From assembly GCA_038087875.1 (NCBI GenBank), contig JAXLNO010000033.1:124001-188000 (forward strand): a DNA stretch of 64,000 nt. The letters run 5' to 3'. Position 1 is the first letter of the stretch; each line of letters opens with the position of its first letter. Below the pieces are notes generated by a model. That model did no database searches and was not told the origin of the DNA. It was given only the letters and a program-made list of their open reading frames with translations. The stretch comes from Malacoraja senta. Lineage: Eukaryota. A program made the translations under genes and the position numbers. Shown here piece after piece: positions 61,500 through 64,000 of the stretch.

Positions 61500-62332
61500 T
61501 AGACAGAACCTTGCTCAAGTATTAGACAGGATCTTTGTCAATTATTGGAGATAGTTTAGAGCATGCGTGTTCCTGTTAAAGTGAAAGGTAAGGTATGAGG
61601 GAGCGTGTTCACTGTGGAGAAAGATACGCAAACTGGGGAACTTGGATCAGTTAATGAAATTATCTTGAGGACAATTGTCTTACAGTTGACGATGTGCTGA
61701 ACGCCTTAAGGCGTACGAACGTGGATAAATCAGATATATGCAAGGACACTGTTGGAAGCCAGAGAAGAAATTGTAGGTGCCCCGACTGAGAAATACAAAT
61801 CATCATTAGGTACGGGGCAACATCATGTGGATAGACGGGGACTGATGAGGGATAGCCAGAACGATTTTGTACAAGCGAAATCATGTCTCATGAATCGGAC
61901 TGAATGCTTTTAAGTATCTACAAAGGTTGCTGAGGGCAACCCATAGACTTTGTCCATATGGACTTCAGCCAGCCATTTGATAAGGTTCTGCACGATAGGC
62001 TGCTCCGGAATACGATCCAGGAAAAGTCTGTCTACTTAATAGAGAATTGGTTTCATGAAGATTACAGAGGGACGTGGTGGATTTTTCGGACTGGAGTTCT
62101 GTGACTAATGGTGTGCGTCACGGATCGGTACTGCGCCCATTGCTGTTTGTTGTTTATAACAACGATTTGGATGACAATTTAGATGGCATAATTAGTACGT
62201 TTGCAGGCGACACGAAAGTGTGTGGCATCGCAGATTAGAAGGTGGTTATCGAAAACTAAAGCAGGATCTTGATCAGTTGCGGAGGTGGCCCGAGGAATGG
62301 TTAACATATTTTAGTACGAACAAGTGCGAGTT
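61500..62332 (+). mobile_element. Old, heavily mutated CR1 RT fragment
   Basis: MDFSQPFDKV, GVRHGSVL.PLLFVV, ISTFAGDTKV remnants. Confidence 0.75.
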
Positions 62333-63085
62333 ACATAGAAACATAGAAACATAGAAATTAGGTGCAGGAGTAGGCCATTCGGCCCTTCGAGCCTGCACCG
62401 CCATTCAATATGATCATGGCTGATCATCCAACTCAGTATCCCGTACCTGCCTTCTCTCCATACCCTCTGATCCCTTTAGCCACAAGGGCCACATCTAACT
62501 CCCTCTTAAATATAGCCAATGAACTGGCCTCGACTACCCTCTGTGGCAGAGAGTTCCAGAGATTCACCAATCTCTGTGTGAAAAAAGTTCTTCTCATCTC
62601 GGTTTTAAAGGATTTCCCCCTTATCCTTAAGCTGTGACCCCTTGTCCTGGACTTCCCCAACATCGGGAGCAATCTTCCTGCATCTAGCCTGTCCAACCCC
62701 TTAAGAATTTTGTAAGTTTCTATAAGATCCCCTCTCAATCTCCTAAATTCTAGAGAGTATAAACCAAGTCTATCCAGTCTTTCTTCATAAGACAGTCCTG
62801 ACATCCCAGGAATCAGTCTGGTGAACCTTCTCTGCACTCCCTCTATGGCAATAATGTCCTTCCTCAGATTTGGAGACCAAAACTGTACGCAATACTCCAG
62901 GTGTGGTCTCACCAAGACCCTGTACAACTGCAGTAGAACCTCCCTGCTCCTATACTCAAATCCTTTTGCTATGAAAGCTAACATACCATTCGCTTTCTTC
63001 ACTGCCTGCTGCACCTGCATGCCTACTTTCAATGACTGGTGTACCATGACACCCAGGTCTCGCTGCATCTCCCCTTTTCCTAGTC
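62333..63085 (-). mobile_element. Young-looking CR1 3' end with open ORF and (TTTCTATG)n tail
   Basis: QRDLGV...VKKANGMLAFI...LVRPHLEYCVQFWSP...RTRGHSLRI, uninterrupted in ORF 62433-63206. Confidence 0.95.
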
Positions 63086-64000
63086 GGCCACTGTTGCAAT
63101 TTGGGTCGTGAATGCTGGATACGAGATTCAATGTCAATTGTAGGGTTTTGAGGATTGTTGTAAAATAGAGTGATCGAGGACTCCAGGTACATAGTTCCTG
63201 GAGCATGTTGTCACATGTAGATAGGGTTCCGACCCGAAATGTCGCCTACGCATGCTCTGCAGGGATGCTACCTGAACCGCTGTGATACTCCAACACTTTG
63301 TGTTTTTATAAACCGGCATCAGTTGGTCCTTGCGTTAAGGTACAGCAATGTATCCGTCGCTCAACTAATGTTATACCCGTTTTGGCAAGATTATTATCAT
63401 CATAATGCCATGCTAGGCAAATAGAGTATTGTTGTGAACACGCAGCGCCATAATTGTACGATGAGCGCCTAAACTCCAAGCAGATAATGCACCTGCAGAC
63501 TCTTCCTTCCGATTATGTTCTCTATCGCTCTCTGTGTGGAGTGTGCACGTTCTCTCTGCCACTGCGTTGATTTCTCTCGGGGGTACTGGAGCCACATTTG
63601 TCCAAAAGATACAATTGGTTGTCAAGGTGAATGGCTCCTGTGATATGGCCCAAATCCAGGTTGGCTACTGGATCATGAGCCGGCACTTGAATGGCATGCA
63701 ATGAGATGCATTGCATGGACAAGCAGACAGGTAAGGAACTGCAAGGTTTACCCTGACAAGCACCAGAGACTCGTTGGTCCGACTGGTGTCTCTGAACGAA
63801 ATATGCAATAATAGAATCTGCGAGGCAACGCCAAAGCCATTCATTCATTCAAAATTAATTTTCAATTTCACCTGTACATTAAAAGCTATTTTTTGAATGA
63901 GAAAAGAAAATTGTACATTTTTAAATTCGGCTCAAGTTTTTTCTGTTACACCCCATAAAGATACTTGTAAGATGGAGACACCTCAGCATGTGCCCGGAAT

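Overview
Eukaryotic, repeat-dominated vertebrate DNA with no recognisable host gene, rRNA, tRNA gene or CRISPR array. The mix of V-SINE/HE1-like SINEs, CR1 LINEs and Penelope-like elements (PLEs) suggests a cartilaginous fish, probably a skate or ray (inference). The window has two halves. (1) Bases 1 to about 35,700 are an almost continuous, deeply nested stack of long transposon fragments from about 11 groups (Vingi/Ingi, DIRS, L1, L2, CR1, PLE, Gypsy, Rex1/Babar, R2, hAT, Tx1). Every classified piece longer than about 300 bp lies on the minus strand, the layout expected of a flamenco-like unistrand piRNA cluster. (2) Bases 35,700-64,000 are ordinary intergenic or intronic DNA with short repeats in both orientations and one 5.6-kb L1. 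Other points of interest: PLE-derived short elements with minimal hammerhead ribozyme cores, often in palindromic arrangements; a 2.16-kb Gypsy element with an open Gag-integrase fusion ORF; three GC-rich non-autonomous retroelements sharing a covarying 3' hairpin; conserved hairpins in long L1 inter-ORF spacers; an R2 fragment without rDNA; and a 72-bp H/ACA-like insert. All family calls come from reading motifs by eye, not from database searches, and boundaries without a target-site duplication (TSD) are approximate.
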